Below are positions 36,401-48,400 of a stretch of DNA of 64,000 nt, piece after piece (position 1 is the first letter of the stretch; each line of letters opens with the position of its first letter). The stretch is from Vicugna vicugna. Taxonomy: Eukaryota. Below the pieces are notes generated by a model that did no database searches, was not told the DNA's origin, and saw only the letters and a program-made list of their open reading frames with translations. The stretch is from contig MU063738.1 of the NCBI GenBank assembly GCA_013265495.1, forward strand, positions 248,001 to 312,000, read 5' to 3'. A program made the translations under genes and the position numbers.

Positions 36401-39400
36401 TGCCCAAGGCACTCACCGAAAGCAGTCTTAGACCACAGCCTTCAAGGCTACAGCACACCTTCTCTCCTGAGCAAGTTTTAACACAGGTGATTAAAAATAA
36501 CAAAAAATACACCTATTTTAAAGTGATGTGAAATTCCAACTTTAACTTGACTCACTTCTTCCTAAACTACTCTGAGGTTTTTCCTCCTTTCTCGAAACAG
36601 GTTTCATTATCACCATCTCTCTTCAAGTAGACTCAACGGCCAGGGATATTAGCAACGATCTGGGAGCTGCTTAACGAGACAGCAGTCACCCTGCACTGGC
36701 TCCACAGCTCACTGCTGGCCCCGCACCGGCTTGTTACGTGATCACAGGGAAGGCCTGGCTTCCCCCTGCTTCAGTGTCCTCCGTAAACTGGGTGTGCAAG
36801 GCTCTCAGAAGCCCTGAGTGGGACCGCAGGTGCAGGGCCTTGCCCAGCACACACCACACAAGCTCCGGTCTCTGTCCCCTTGGCCAGGCTGGGGCTTGCC
36901 GGCTACCGGGGAAGCGAAACGAGCAAACGCTCACACTCATGTAAAGGGTTTTGATTATTTCTAGGTTGGATTACCCAGGCTAATTCCTACTCACCCTGTG
37001 TAACCTACAGACATGTGAGGCTGTTCTTTTACTGAACAGCCATGTCTCTCCCAGATAACCAACTGCATGTGGCTGATTTCAGACCCACAGAAACAGGCCG
37101 GGGCCAGAGTCCAGATGCGGTTCCAGTGTCTTCACCTCACCATCCTCTCGGTGGGACCCTGCTGCTCTGTGTCACCAAGGCAGGCGGCTGGGCTCTGGGC
37201 TGTGATGGGAACAGAGCCCAGTGTGGACCAGCCACCGCCCAGCGTGCAGCACAGACCAGAAAGAGGACAGAGCTCCGACTGCGACCTCAACCCCCTGACT
37301 GCGACCCACGCACCGTGAGACTGAGCGGAAGGGAGAATCAAAGCTGAGTAAGCTGGGAGCCTTGCCACAAGTGGAACCGCAGCCCCGCTGGCAGCACTGG
37401 CGATGCGCTGAAAACCCCCAGCCCAGATGCCCCTGAGCCGACCCGACGTCTCCGGACTCTCTGGGACGCACCCCTGTAACCCAAAGGTCACCACAGCACC
37501 CGCAGGCAGACAGCAAGGGGCATGGCCCTCGTCTTCTCGCACACGGGTCTGGTGTCACCGCGGAGGAAAAGGCTGGGAGAGTCAGGCCCCGCCATCTGCT
37601 TGCTGTTACCTCCTGACACCTGCTCCCTAGACGAGCCTGGCACCCCATGGCTTTAGTCATAAACACCGGTGTGCTCAGCTCCCACCTTTCTCCCCGGCTT
37701 CAGACCAGCTACTTTCTGGGTGCCACTATCTGAACATTCCCAAGCACCTCGGCGTCAGCTCACCCCCAGTGAGGCCACCGCCTCACGCACACCCCCGCCC
37801 TCCACGTCCGCCCGAAGCTGCCAACTGCCACCTTCTGCCAATCACCTAGACTTGGGACCCACTGTCACCGCTGACTCTGCCCCCCTCCGCCCCCAGCAGC
37901 CCTTTCCACTGCTCCAAATCCTGCCAGCTCTTCTTCTAAGCAGCAGGATGCTGTCTGCCTGCTGGAGAACACCCCTGTTCAGGCCCTGTCACTTCCCACC
38001 AGAGGCCCGACCTTCCACCCCCAGCCACCACGATCCACACGGCCCAGGAGATTCTCTTGTGAGCAGCTCTGGTCACAGCGCCTTGACTCCAACCTTCCAG
38101 CCCTGCACCTATGGGGCAACTCTGCAGAGCCTAGAGGGACACCCCGTGGCCTGGCCCGTGCCTCCGCCTCTACGTCCTGCCTCACGCCAAAAGGGCCCTC
38201 TGCCCACGCTGGTCTGCAGCTCTCCACGTGGGGCACACGTGCTCACGCTTTCCTCCTTTGATGTGCACGGCTCACGCCCACCCCACTGTGCTTTCCACTA
38301 GCTGAGCACCTCCCACTCAGCTCACCTCCCACAACAAAGCACCTTTATTAGGCGGTTTACCTCCCTTCACCATAATCCTTGATTTTCTTTTTTATTTCCC
38401 CAATGAGACTATCAGTCGTTGCAGGCAGGGACTGTGTCCTTCCTGGGACACTAATTGTGGGCGGGTAGGTGGCTTTGATAAACCACTCACGGTGGGACCA
38501 GTGTCCCTGGTCAGCGGACGCGTCTCTGCCACGGCTCAGCCGGTCCGGAATCTACCAGGACGCGTGTAACGCGCCCAGGGCTGCTTTCCTGCTGCAGGTT
38601 CGACCACTCCAGCTTCTGAGGAAGATTCTTTGGGCTGAAGAGTTACTGCTTGCTGGCTTTTCTTGAGTGGAATTGGAAAACAAAACCAAACCCAATACAC
38701 TGGTGGTTTAATTAGAGGGGAAAATGGTTAACAGATTGCACCCTTAATCAGCATCATTCACCCAGACCAACGTTTCTCACCCCGTGACGAGGGATTAGAA
38801 AGTGCAGTGAAACACGGACTCCAGCTTGGCAGTGCCCGGATGCAGGAGGAGAGGCGCGGAGGAGGAAACAATGCACGGAAGGGCTGCGTGGTGCTGGCCA
38901 CGGGCGCACACCCAGGCTGCGCAAGGCAGTGTCCCCGACACCCGGGCACCCGCGGCCTGGGGGCGGGCGCTGCCCACAGCCCCCCCGAGGGCAGCCCCCG
39001 CCCCGCTGCTCACCAGAGGCGCTCTCCTCAGCTCAGAGCTGGTCACCCGGCTGGGCCGGCTGATCAGCTGTTCCCCTACGACGTAGCGGCCGGGGTGAGG
39101 AGCGCTACGTAAGGCCTGCACTTTGTGCGGAGTCGGCTGGAAGGAGCAGCAATCCAGGCTAAGCGGGAACAGCGCTACTGCTCTGGGTTTACAGACGCAG
39201 GTCAAATCCTACCATCACAAACACCAACCGATCCAGCGAAAATCTGTCCAATTAAAAGGTTCCCAGGCTTCAGCTGACGGCCCACTTACTTCAGGACCAT
39301 CTAGCACAGCAAATGCCGGCGAAGCACCACAAGGTGGACACTGCCAAGTACGTTATCATCTCTGGATGAGCCCCACACTGAAGAGCAAGTAACCATGCGA

Positions 39401-42400
39401 GAACACTGACCGGAGATTGCCTGGTTGTTGCTTTCAAGGTGATTTAAAAATACTGAAGTATCTAAACTGGCTGGTTTTTAAGTTAATAAAATTTATAAAC
39501 TTGAGACCCAGCAGCGTACACAATGATTAAGAAGCAAGAAAGGGCTGGAGGTGTCTGATGTATCTGCAGTTCAGAATTACTGCTTTTTCAGTTGGAAAAT
39601 CTACATCGAAAGGAAGCTCTGGTACTAACTGTGTGGACGTGGGACCTCGTGTGGTTGCTTCGCAGGGAGACGGGGCTGAGCTCTAAAATCTCAGGAGTAA
39701 ACACCCGGCGGGGCCCACCGGCCTTGAGCGTGGGCCCCAAGTTGCTCTGCTTCCCTGGGTACGAACTCAGAGGGGAACAGAGCTGTCTGCCGCTCAGGGA
39801 GCCCCAGTTTTCAGAGAAAAGAGAGATGCCCAACTAGTGTGAACCTAGTGTGAAAGCCAAAAGGATTGTTTAAAAAGAATTACTTCACTATTCAGCGTCA
39901 AAAGAGACCAGCTCTCGTGGGGCAAGGGTGGGGTGCCGAGAGGAGGGCGCTGGGTGCTTTCCTCACGGAGTTTTAGCAGACGTGTTAGTAGCAGAGACTT
40001 GTGTCCAGAGAATGGAAAGTGTTACTTTTAAAACACAAACTAGAGGAAGTAAACAAACCCTTGGCTGCTGAGGACACGCACCATCTTCCGCATGGAAGTG
40101 CTCTTCCTTTGGGAGGACAGCAGTTGCACAATCCCTGGGCAAACCCTGGATTCTTATGTTACTTAGAAAGGGTCACAGTTTTACCGAGGACAGAAATACT
40201 GAGTTACATAACACTGGAAGCATCAGATGCTCCTGGGAGCTCAAAAGCAGGGTAAGATAGTTTCAGTTTCTAGCTACTGAAAAATCCCCCTACACTTCCT
40301 TCCTCAAGTTAAAACTGACACGAATGCACCGCGGTTCACAGGCCTCCTGAACGTCTGACCAGGAGGAAGGTGTCCAGAACGTTCCCCCCATGTGAATGTT
40401 ACTTTAAAACTCCCTTGGAGGACGTTCTCCTTATATGGAAGCGTTGGGTACTTGGCCCTTCTACCAACGCCCAGGAGAATCACAAGCTGCGTCCCCCGGC
40501 CGGAGCTTCTGGTGCTCTGACGCGGAGAACGCGGTGTGGCGGCCGCGCTCTGGGTCCCAGTGCGGAGGACGGCTGTGCAGGGGTCACACACGTCCGGGTG
40601 GGGAGAGGAGAGCTGCTCCCACAGCCGGTTCCCAGCGCCTTTGCTGAGGGAGGTGCAGGTGTCCCTGCCTCTCCAGGCTCCGAGGTCCAGGCGTGTGGGG
40701 TTCGGGGGGAGCCAGGCTGCAGACCCAGCCTCCCTCCCTGCAACTGCAAGTCCCCACGTCCCGACCTGAGATTTTGAGCCACCTAAGCTCTTAACTGTCA
40801 CTTTGAGCCCAGCATGTCCTCAGTGTGCAGAGGTACTCGGGTGTGCTCCCGTGTAGCCGGCGGGTGTGGACAGACCAGCTCTGCCCTCACGGCTGAGCTG
40901 GAGAGTGAGCACTTCTCTGCGTCCCTGTTCCCTCCCTAGCGGCCCGGGGATGGCGGTGCTGCACTGGACACAGTGCCCGTGCTGTTGTGTGCGTCAGGCT
41001 GTTCAGAACACGGCCCGCTGATGCCTGTGCAACAGGGGAGGCACTGACCCCCACCCGCCTTTAAGCAGCATCAGAGGCAGCACAGTGTGGCCAGACCACG
41101 CTTGCAGCCCGAGGGCACGCCAGTGCCAACAGCCCCCCAGCGAGCTGTGTGTGTCTGTCACTCTGACACCCACTGGATCCCGAGAACATGAGGCCTAACC
41201 CCTTGGGCACAGACTCAGGCTGTCTGGACGCTGATGGCCACTGACAGCACTGTGGCGGGAGCCTGCACCACTGACCACTGGGGCCAGGAAGCCATCTCTC
41301 CTTCAAGCCTTCCGTGTTTTGGTTCCCATAATCCAAGTTCTCAAGCTCTCTCCCACGGCAGCCTCTGTCTAAGGTCAGGGGCTGGGGTGGTGGAAGGAGG
41401 GTGGGTGGCAGCTATGAGGACTGAGGTGAGAGGCAGGAGCCACTCTACAAAAGGCGCAGGCCCAACAGGAAGAGAAAAGGGTGTCACGCGCTGACCGGAG
41501 CCATGCTATGCTGGGAAAGGCTCCTCACACCAAAAGGTGCCATGGGTCTGACGGGAAATGCTGGCCCCGCCTGGGCCCGGGCCCGACAGCACCACACGTA
41601 CCAGCAGCCGCAGGGAGGCTCACGGCTCTGCAGGGAAGGGCGGCACCAGGCCACGTGCTGTAGAAACAAACGCCTGCGCTCGGCGGTGGTGACGCTCCCA
41701 GGGCCTCTCCTGGCCTCGCACAGAAGACGGATGAACAACACCGCTTTATAGAAAGACCTCCTATATTCTGGGGAGTAAACACCTCTGGCTGAGGCCCCAG
41801 GCCAACACTCCACACACCAAATGGACCCCACGGTCATTTGCACACTGGGGATGGACACACAAGGACTCAACAGAGCACAGCACGCCGTTTTGGTTTCCCC
41901 TCCTAATAAGGGACCGTGACCTGCCTCTTCCCGCACACGAGCAGACACCCGGCCACTCGCCTGCTCCAGCACGCCGCGGGCGGGTTACCGGCCTCCCTCC
42001 CATGGAGGAACCCGGCGTAGCCACTCGCAGTCAGCAGAGAAAGCAGGGAGAAGCCTCCAGTAGACCTGCCTGGGACGGGAGCGCCTCCCCAGCGCTGCCA
42101 GCAGCCAGGAGCTGTCGTCTCTTCGGCTTCTTCAACACGGAACTTCCCCTGGGCCCTGAGGAGCAGGACCCATGTCCGGGACTCCTGCCCATTTCGCTCT
42201 CTCTCCCTCGCTCACCCTCAGACACGGTCAGGGCACACGCAGACCGCGCACAGCACTGGAGTTAGTGACAGCCTCCCAGCCACTGGGAGACTCCTCTCCT
42301 AAAACCTGGTTCTGACCCACAAGCACAGGAAAGGGAGCAGCTAAGAAGCCCCAGAGACCAAGAGAAGCCGGGAAGACCCCAACGAGGGCGCCGGGCTCAC

Positions 42401-45400
42401 TGCGAGCAGCTGACAAGTGAGGGCCGCAGGGCAGAGACTGCGTCCGAAGGCCAGGCGCCTCGACCCGAGCCCCACAGCGCGCCCACGGCCCTGCCCGGCC
42501 CCCCAGGCGCCTCGACCCGAGCCCCACAGCGCGCCCATGGCCCTGCCCGGCCCCCAGGCTCCCACACCCCCACCTGACCTGACCCTGCACAAACGCGAGC
42601 TGCTTACTCGGAGAGTCCTGGCGGTTGGGGAGGGAGGTGCGGGGGGCAAGTCTGGCTGCGACTTCCTGCTCCGAGGGAGCTCCTTGCTTCGGGTGTACAG
42701 AGAGGACATGGCTCCCCGGAGGCAGACAGGCGTGGCCCTGGAGATCGTTTCACAGAACTGCGCCTCTGAGCTGCGGCAGGACGGCTCTGGACGCGGCTGA
42801 GGAAGGACCCAGCCCCGTGAACGGCAGCCCAGTCGCTGGCGTTGGAGGTGCTGGGTTCGGGGCTGCGGGGCCACCCGCGGGGCTTCTCCCAAGAGGGCAC
42901 CTCCTACCGAGACCTGCTCCCTGAGAGAACCCGAGTCTAGGTTCCCGAGACACCAGACCACGTCCCAGGGGACGAGCCTGAGAGCAGCTCCCGTGTCTTT
43001 GTCCAGGAGAAAGAGACACACAGCCACCTCTGAGCTGGACTCCTGGGCTGGACGCGCTTGGAGCTGCCCCTGTGACCAACTGCTGTGATACGTTCAGGCT
43101 AAACAGCGTGCAAAACAAAACCTAAAAGCTACAAATAAGGAACCAAGAGCAGAGGAGAGAGAAGGAGCTCGAGGAAGTGCACCCCGTCCCCCGGACCCGG
43201 CTGCTCTCACACACAAGCACGCACAGGCACACGCCCCCCGCCCCTTTCTGACATTCCAAATCCTATTTGCTCAGCGAGGAATGCTGGACAGCCGCCAAGG
43301 GCAGAGATTCACTTTCCACTCAGAGTCTGAGTTGGGGCTGCCACTTGCAGGAGGAGAAGATGGCCTGCCTGCTTGTGGAGACAAAGTGGCCTCCAGGGAC
43401 AAAGCCCACCAGCCCGCAGTGCCCAACGCCTCAGCTGGCTTCTCAGGGCACTTCTCCAATCGTGAGAACAGGGTTTTCGGAGGTTTTCAACATCTGGAGC
43501 CCTTACGTCCCAAAGCCCAGACAGACACATCAGTCAAGCACCTTCAGGGCTCTGACATCTGGATTCCCGCTCATGGTGGAGCCCCTGCCAGAGAGGAGGA
43601 GGCTCCCCGAACCCGAGCCCGGCGCGGCTCTGGGTGCGCAGCTTGGCAGAGGTTTACAAAAGGCCAGGTCAGGGGTCAGGATTGGGGGAGAGAAGGGTCA
43701 GAAATGAGGGAGAAACAGAGGCCGTGCACAGGGGAGCCACCGGCTGGGGGAATGGTCACCCACAGGGAAATCCAGAGTTAAAAAGACAGGAATTGATCTG
43801 CTTGGTGTTGGAGGAGCCTGGATTTGGCCTTGAAACGTCTTGAGTTTAGCGCTCTGCACTGGGCATGGCCGCCCGCCCAGATCTCTGGTCTGAGGCTCTG
43901 AGCCGATGGGCTGACCACGTCACTGGGCTCGTGGGAGCTTCCCGCCCTCCTTCCCCATGGGTGTCGGTGTCTCTGCCTGTAAGTCCTCCCAGCATACTTT
44001 CCCTCTAGTCGTCCTGACGTCTTCTTTGTTCTTATGACCAATATTATGAAACCAAATCCAGGGAAACGATCGGCTATTCGGGGGCTGGTTTGAAGAACAC
44101 AGGTTGAAAAAGTTTATAAAGGGTCCTGATCCACCCGGATGTGAGACACTTCCTAGGCAGCTGACCAGCTCCACCACAAACCACGGTCACACCGTGTCCA
44201 AGAGGCCGACCACCTCAGCCACCGCCCTGCTCTGCTCCTGGGAGGGCCGTGCGGCGGTCCCACCGCTGGCAGGCAGGTGAGGACGGGGTTGGGGGCTGCC
44301 CCCACTTCCTGAGTCTACTTCTCGGCAGCACCGACACTAGCAAACTCCTGTAGGTTCCGGGTGTTTCCACACGCGCTGTCTCAAAGGCTGAGTGAGCGCT
44401 TCCACCTCGCAGACAAGGAACAAGCCCCGGGGGCCAGATGCCATGTCTGAGACCCACAGCCAGCGCGAGGGAGTGCAGCACAAGGGCCAGAGAAGTGAGC
44501 TCTGAGTGACGGGGGAGGGCCTCAAAGGGCCTGGAAAGACCCACCAGTGCAGACCCTCCAGGAAGGTGTGAGACACCCACAAGAACACGTCGGAAACAGA
44601 GGGTCAGAGACAAATTCTCCAGGAAGTTAAATCCCGGCTCCTTCTTTTGCTCACGATTCTTCTGTTACTTAGCTCTTCTCCCACTTCTCCTCTCTTACTC
44701 AGAAGAGGACGCCCCTGAGAACATGGGCTCTGTCTTATCCTGGTGAAGACAGAGGTGACCGGGCCTGTGCCCGCGGGTGCACCGAGCTCCAGTCCTACGG
44801 CAGCCACGCGCTGCCAGGACCCCCGCGCCGGAGACTGAGACAACCCACATCTTCCTTCCGGCCTGACTTCCCAACCCGGGCACACCACGCTCACAACTCA
44901 GACGACCGGCGTGGAGGAGCGTCGGGGGACAGGCAGGAAGAGCGACCTGCTCCTTTGCTTTCCCAGCTGAGCGTCCAGACCCTCTTTCCCAAGTTAAGGT
45001 TAGTAACCAAAGAGTCCACAGAGGACCTCTCAGCCCCAGACCTCCACAGGGTGAGCTACGCAAACAGCCACCTGCTTGGAAAATAATTTACTTCAGACAG
45101 GATTCATGTTTTACTTCTCGGCAAGACAGAGAAAAAGAGTTTATAAACTTCAGGTTACTTGTTATAACTAAACAGAGAACCCCAGGTAGTCAGTGTAACA
45201 GACTCTCCAACAAACTAAGAACCGCTGTGTGCAGGAACCACCGTGTTGACCTGCCCCTGGGATGAAGTGCATCACCCGTGCCAGGAGCAAGCCGGTCGGT
45301 CCTGTGTGACCCCAGCTGCAGGCCTTCCTGACTTAGCTCTCCCGGGGTTGCCCTCCAGGGCAGACTTCTTAGCAGAGGAAGCTAACAAGCAACTTGAGTA

Positions 45401-48400
45401 ATTTCTAGTTCCTCCTCCTCTATTTTAAACCAGGAAAATTAAACGTTATGGCCTAAGAGTGATCTGTTTGGTAAAGTGTCCCCCGTGAGGACTCCCAAGA
45501 GCAGCCAGGCCAACACACGCTGCACACAGAGGAGGCCGGGTGGCCGGGCTGGAACCCTGCCGGCCTCGCTGACCGGTCAGGCTCTCCTCCCTGAGTCTCG
45601 CCTCAGCGGCGGGGAGGAGATGCCACCCCGCAGTCCCACTGTGTGTGTGTTCAAGGCTAGTTCATCTCCCATGCTGGGCGCGAGGCACGCGTCCCGGGCA
45701 GCTGCCACCACTGAAGCGCTGGGCACACAGCTGCGTCAGAGCAGAGAGCCGGGACTGTGGTGACGCAAACCTGGTCAGGGACACGGCTCCTGGACGATGC
45801 CAAGGTCTCCATCCCAGATGCCGAGGGGAGAACCCGGCTTGCCCCGCCCTCCGGTCCTCCTCTTGTCTGAGAAGAGGGCACGGCCACGAGCAGTGGCGGC
45901 TCGTCTCACTGGGGCGGGAGGCAGGCAGGGAAAGTGGGCCAAAAACTGAAGACGTAGGAGTGAATGTGAGTGTGAATGCGCCAGGACATGCACGGGGGGG
46001 GGCCTGGGAGGAGCACCACCGGGAGAACAGCCCCACGTCAGGGGCCCCCACTCAGGCAACCAGACGCCCTGAAGGGGCCCCGCGAGTCCTGTGTGGTCTG
46101 CGGCCTGCGTGGAGATGCCCTGAAGGTCGCCGAGGGCTTTCACTAGAGGGACCAGCACAGCCCTACTGTCACCTCAGGAAAGGCGCACCTGGAATTCCAA
46201 CTCCTCTGTCCCTAAATTCCCAGGAAAGCGACAGCTCCAGATGCGCAGCGTCATCACCACGGGAAGCGGGGGCTGTGGTGCCTCGCTCTTCAGTCTGTGT
46301 GCACGCCGCCCAAACGCGCCGTAACCACGACGTCCAGAGACGCATTCCGGCTGCTCTGCTTGCTGCGTGCACCACCTGACAGACGACCAGCCTGGAGAAG
46401 GGGTCCCGATGCTCACGTGCTTAAAACAAACATGCCTAACACCTGCACCTAGTGAAGACTGAGGAGGCAAAGACGGGAGAGTTTATGAGGAAGGAGAGAA
46501 TGCAGAGGCAGGGGGAGCAACAGATGGTGCACAGCCAAACTGGTTCTCCTCATTTCCGAGGGCAGAGCACACACCTGCAGACGTGCACACACACCTACAG
46601 AACTGTGCGCCAAGTAGCACGACTGCCGAGAACAACCCTCACAGTCCTGTCAGACTGTGAAACCAGAAGGCTTTGTTTTCTTATGCTACATACAAGCTCT
46701 TGGAACTGGCTGCTTTCAAAAGTAGAAAGGTCTGTGAGTGCCTTCTCAGCCCAAGGGTCCCCATCGGCACCTCTCAAGCTCTTCCGGAGCAGAAAACAAC
46801 ACTGACTGCAGAACAAAACTCGGGAATGCTTCCGGCTAAGAGGACCGGGAAAGGGCCTCCCCATCAGCCCTCGTGAGGGCCGGAGTGGAGCCGGGGCTGC
46901 AAGACGGCCGAGCTAGCGAACAATCGCTCTGTGACTTCAGCTGGAGCGCAAGACATGGGAACCTCTGAGGGCCCGGACCTGAACCGCAACCCCCTCGCAG
47001 TCTGCTTTGGGGCATGCCGCAGGTCCCGCACCACTGCCCGTCTCCTCAGACACAGCAGGGTGGGGACATGCCTTTTGGAAGGTGAGCCTGGCTTCCAACC
47101 ACAAGGTCCTCAAGACCCCAGGGGCACTGCTGAAGTCTGGTGCACGCTACCAGTTTTTCAGGAATTCTGTGGCTGCTTCCCACATATTAATGTTTTTTGG
47201 CAGCTTCGTTAATAACTTTGAGCAGCCACAATATCTGGTGTTTTAGTTCACAGACCCGGCTTCAAAGGCGGTCCCACAACACGGCTTGAATTGGAAGGCA
47301 TGGGGCACCCAGACGGCTGCGTGTGTGGACAGAGGTGCGGGCGGCGTCCACGTGAGGCTCCACATGGCAGAAATGGCGACGGTCGAGGAGGGGTTGCCCT
47401 CGTGCAAAAGCCTTCACTTCACGTCCGATCCCGTGCACTCTGAGAGTCTGTGCTGCCACGGCACAGAAACGATCATGCGAGCAACGGGCTCAGTAGAGAG
47501 TCCGGAAGACAAAGAAGGGCAGGAAAGTGCTGTCCGCACGCCGCCCCTCGTCTCCACCCCCCCAGCAGAGCCAGAGCCGAGACTGGGCTCAGTGGTGACG
47601 GTGCCATCCACCCAGGGCGTCGCTCGACCCTGGATCCCATGCTGCCAGCTCTTCAGAGGAAACAGCCCCGAGTGGCCGGCGGCCCAGGAGAGTCGAAGCC
47701 AGTGGTGACTGCAGCCTCTGCTGCTGGGGTCCAGTTACTGAACTGCCGCCAGAAGGCTGGACCTCCAGGAGGTCTCGAATGAGGGGACCATTCAGACCGC
47801 CACACGGATGGTGCCGCCCACAGCAGGTGCACTAGCGTTTCCCGAATGACTTGCATTCACGGAGCTTCACGCAGAACACACCTGGTGACGGCATTTCTGT
47901 AGGGAAGCCTTTTCCCCTCTTTTTTATATTTAGGACTGTTTCCTAGAGATAGACTTCCAAAAAGGCCAACTTAAGGCTTTTGATGGTTGACCCATTTCAC
48001 TGTCCTCTCAGCTAAACTGGCCACAATCTTCCCAAATCTGTCTGCTTTGGGTGGTGAAAAAAATCCTATTTCATTATTGTCATTTACAGCTTTGAATACC
48101 AGTGAGGCGACGTACCCCTCCTTCTATCTGTCAACTACTCCATTTTAAAATAGGTTCCTAATAATCCTTACTACCTAAATCAAATTTATCCCTTTAAGCT
48201 CAGGTTGCAGTTAAAAGCCCCAACATTTTTAGAAAGTAAGTTCTGGAAGACACCTTCTTGAAGGAGCTACCCTAGATGCCCAGCAGGGAGCGGCGTGTCC
48301 GCTGCGATGTGCTGTCACTGAGGGTGGAGCTGGGGTCACCACTCCCAGTTTCCGCTCCTTCCTCAGCCCCACCGGCTGCACGACTGCGCTGTCTGCGCTG

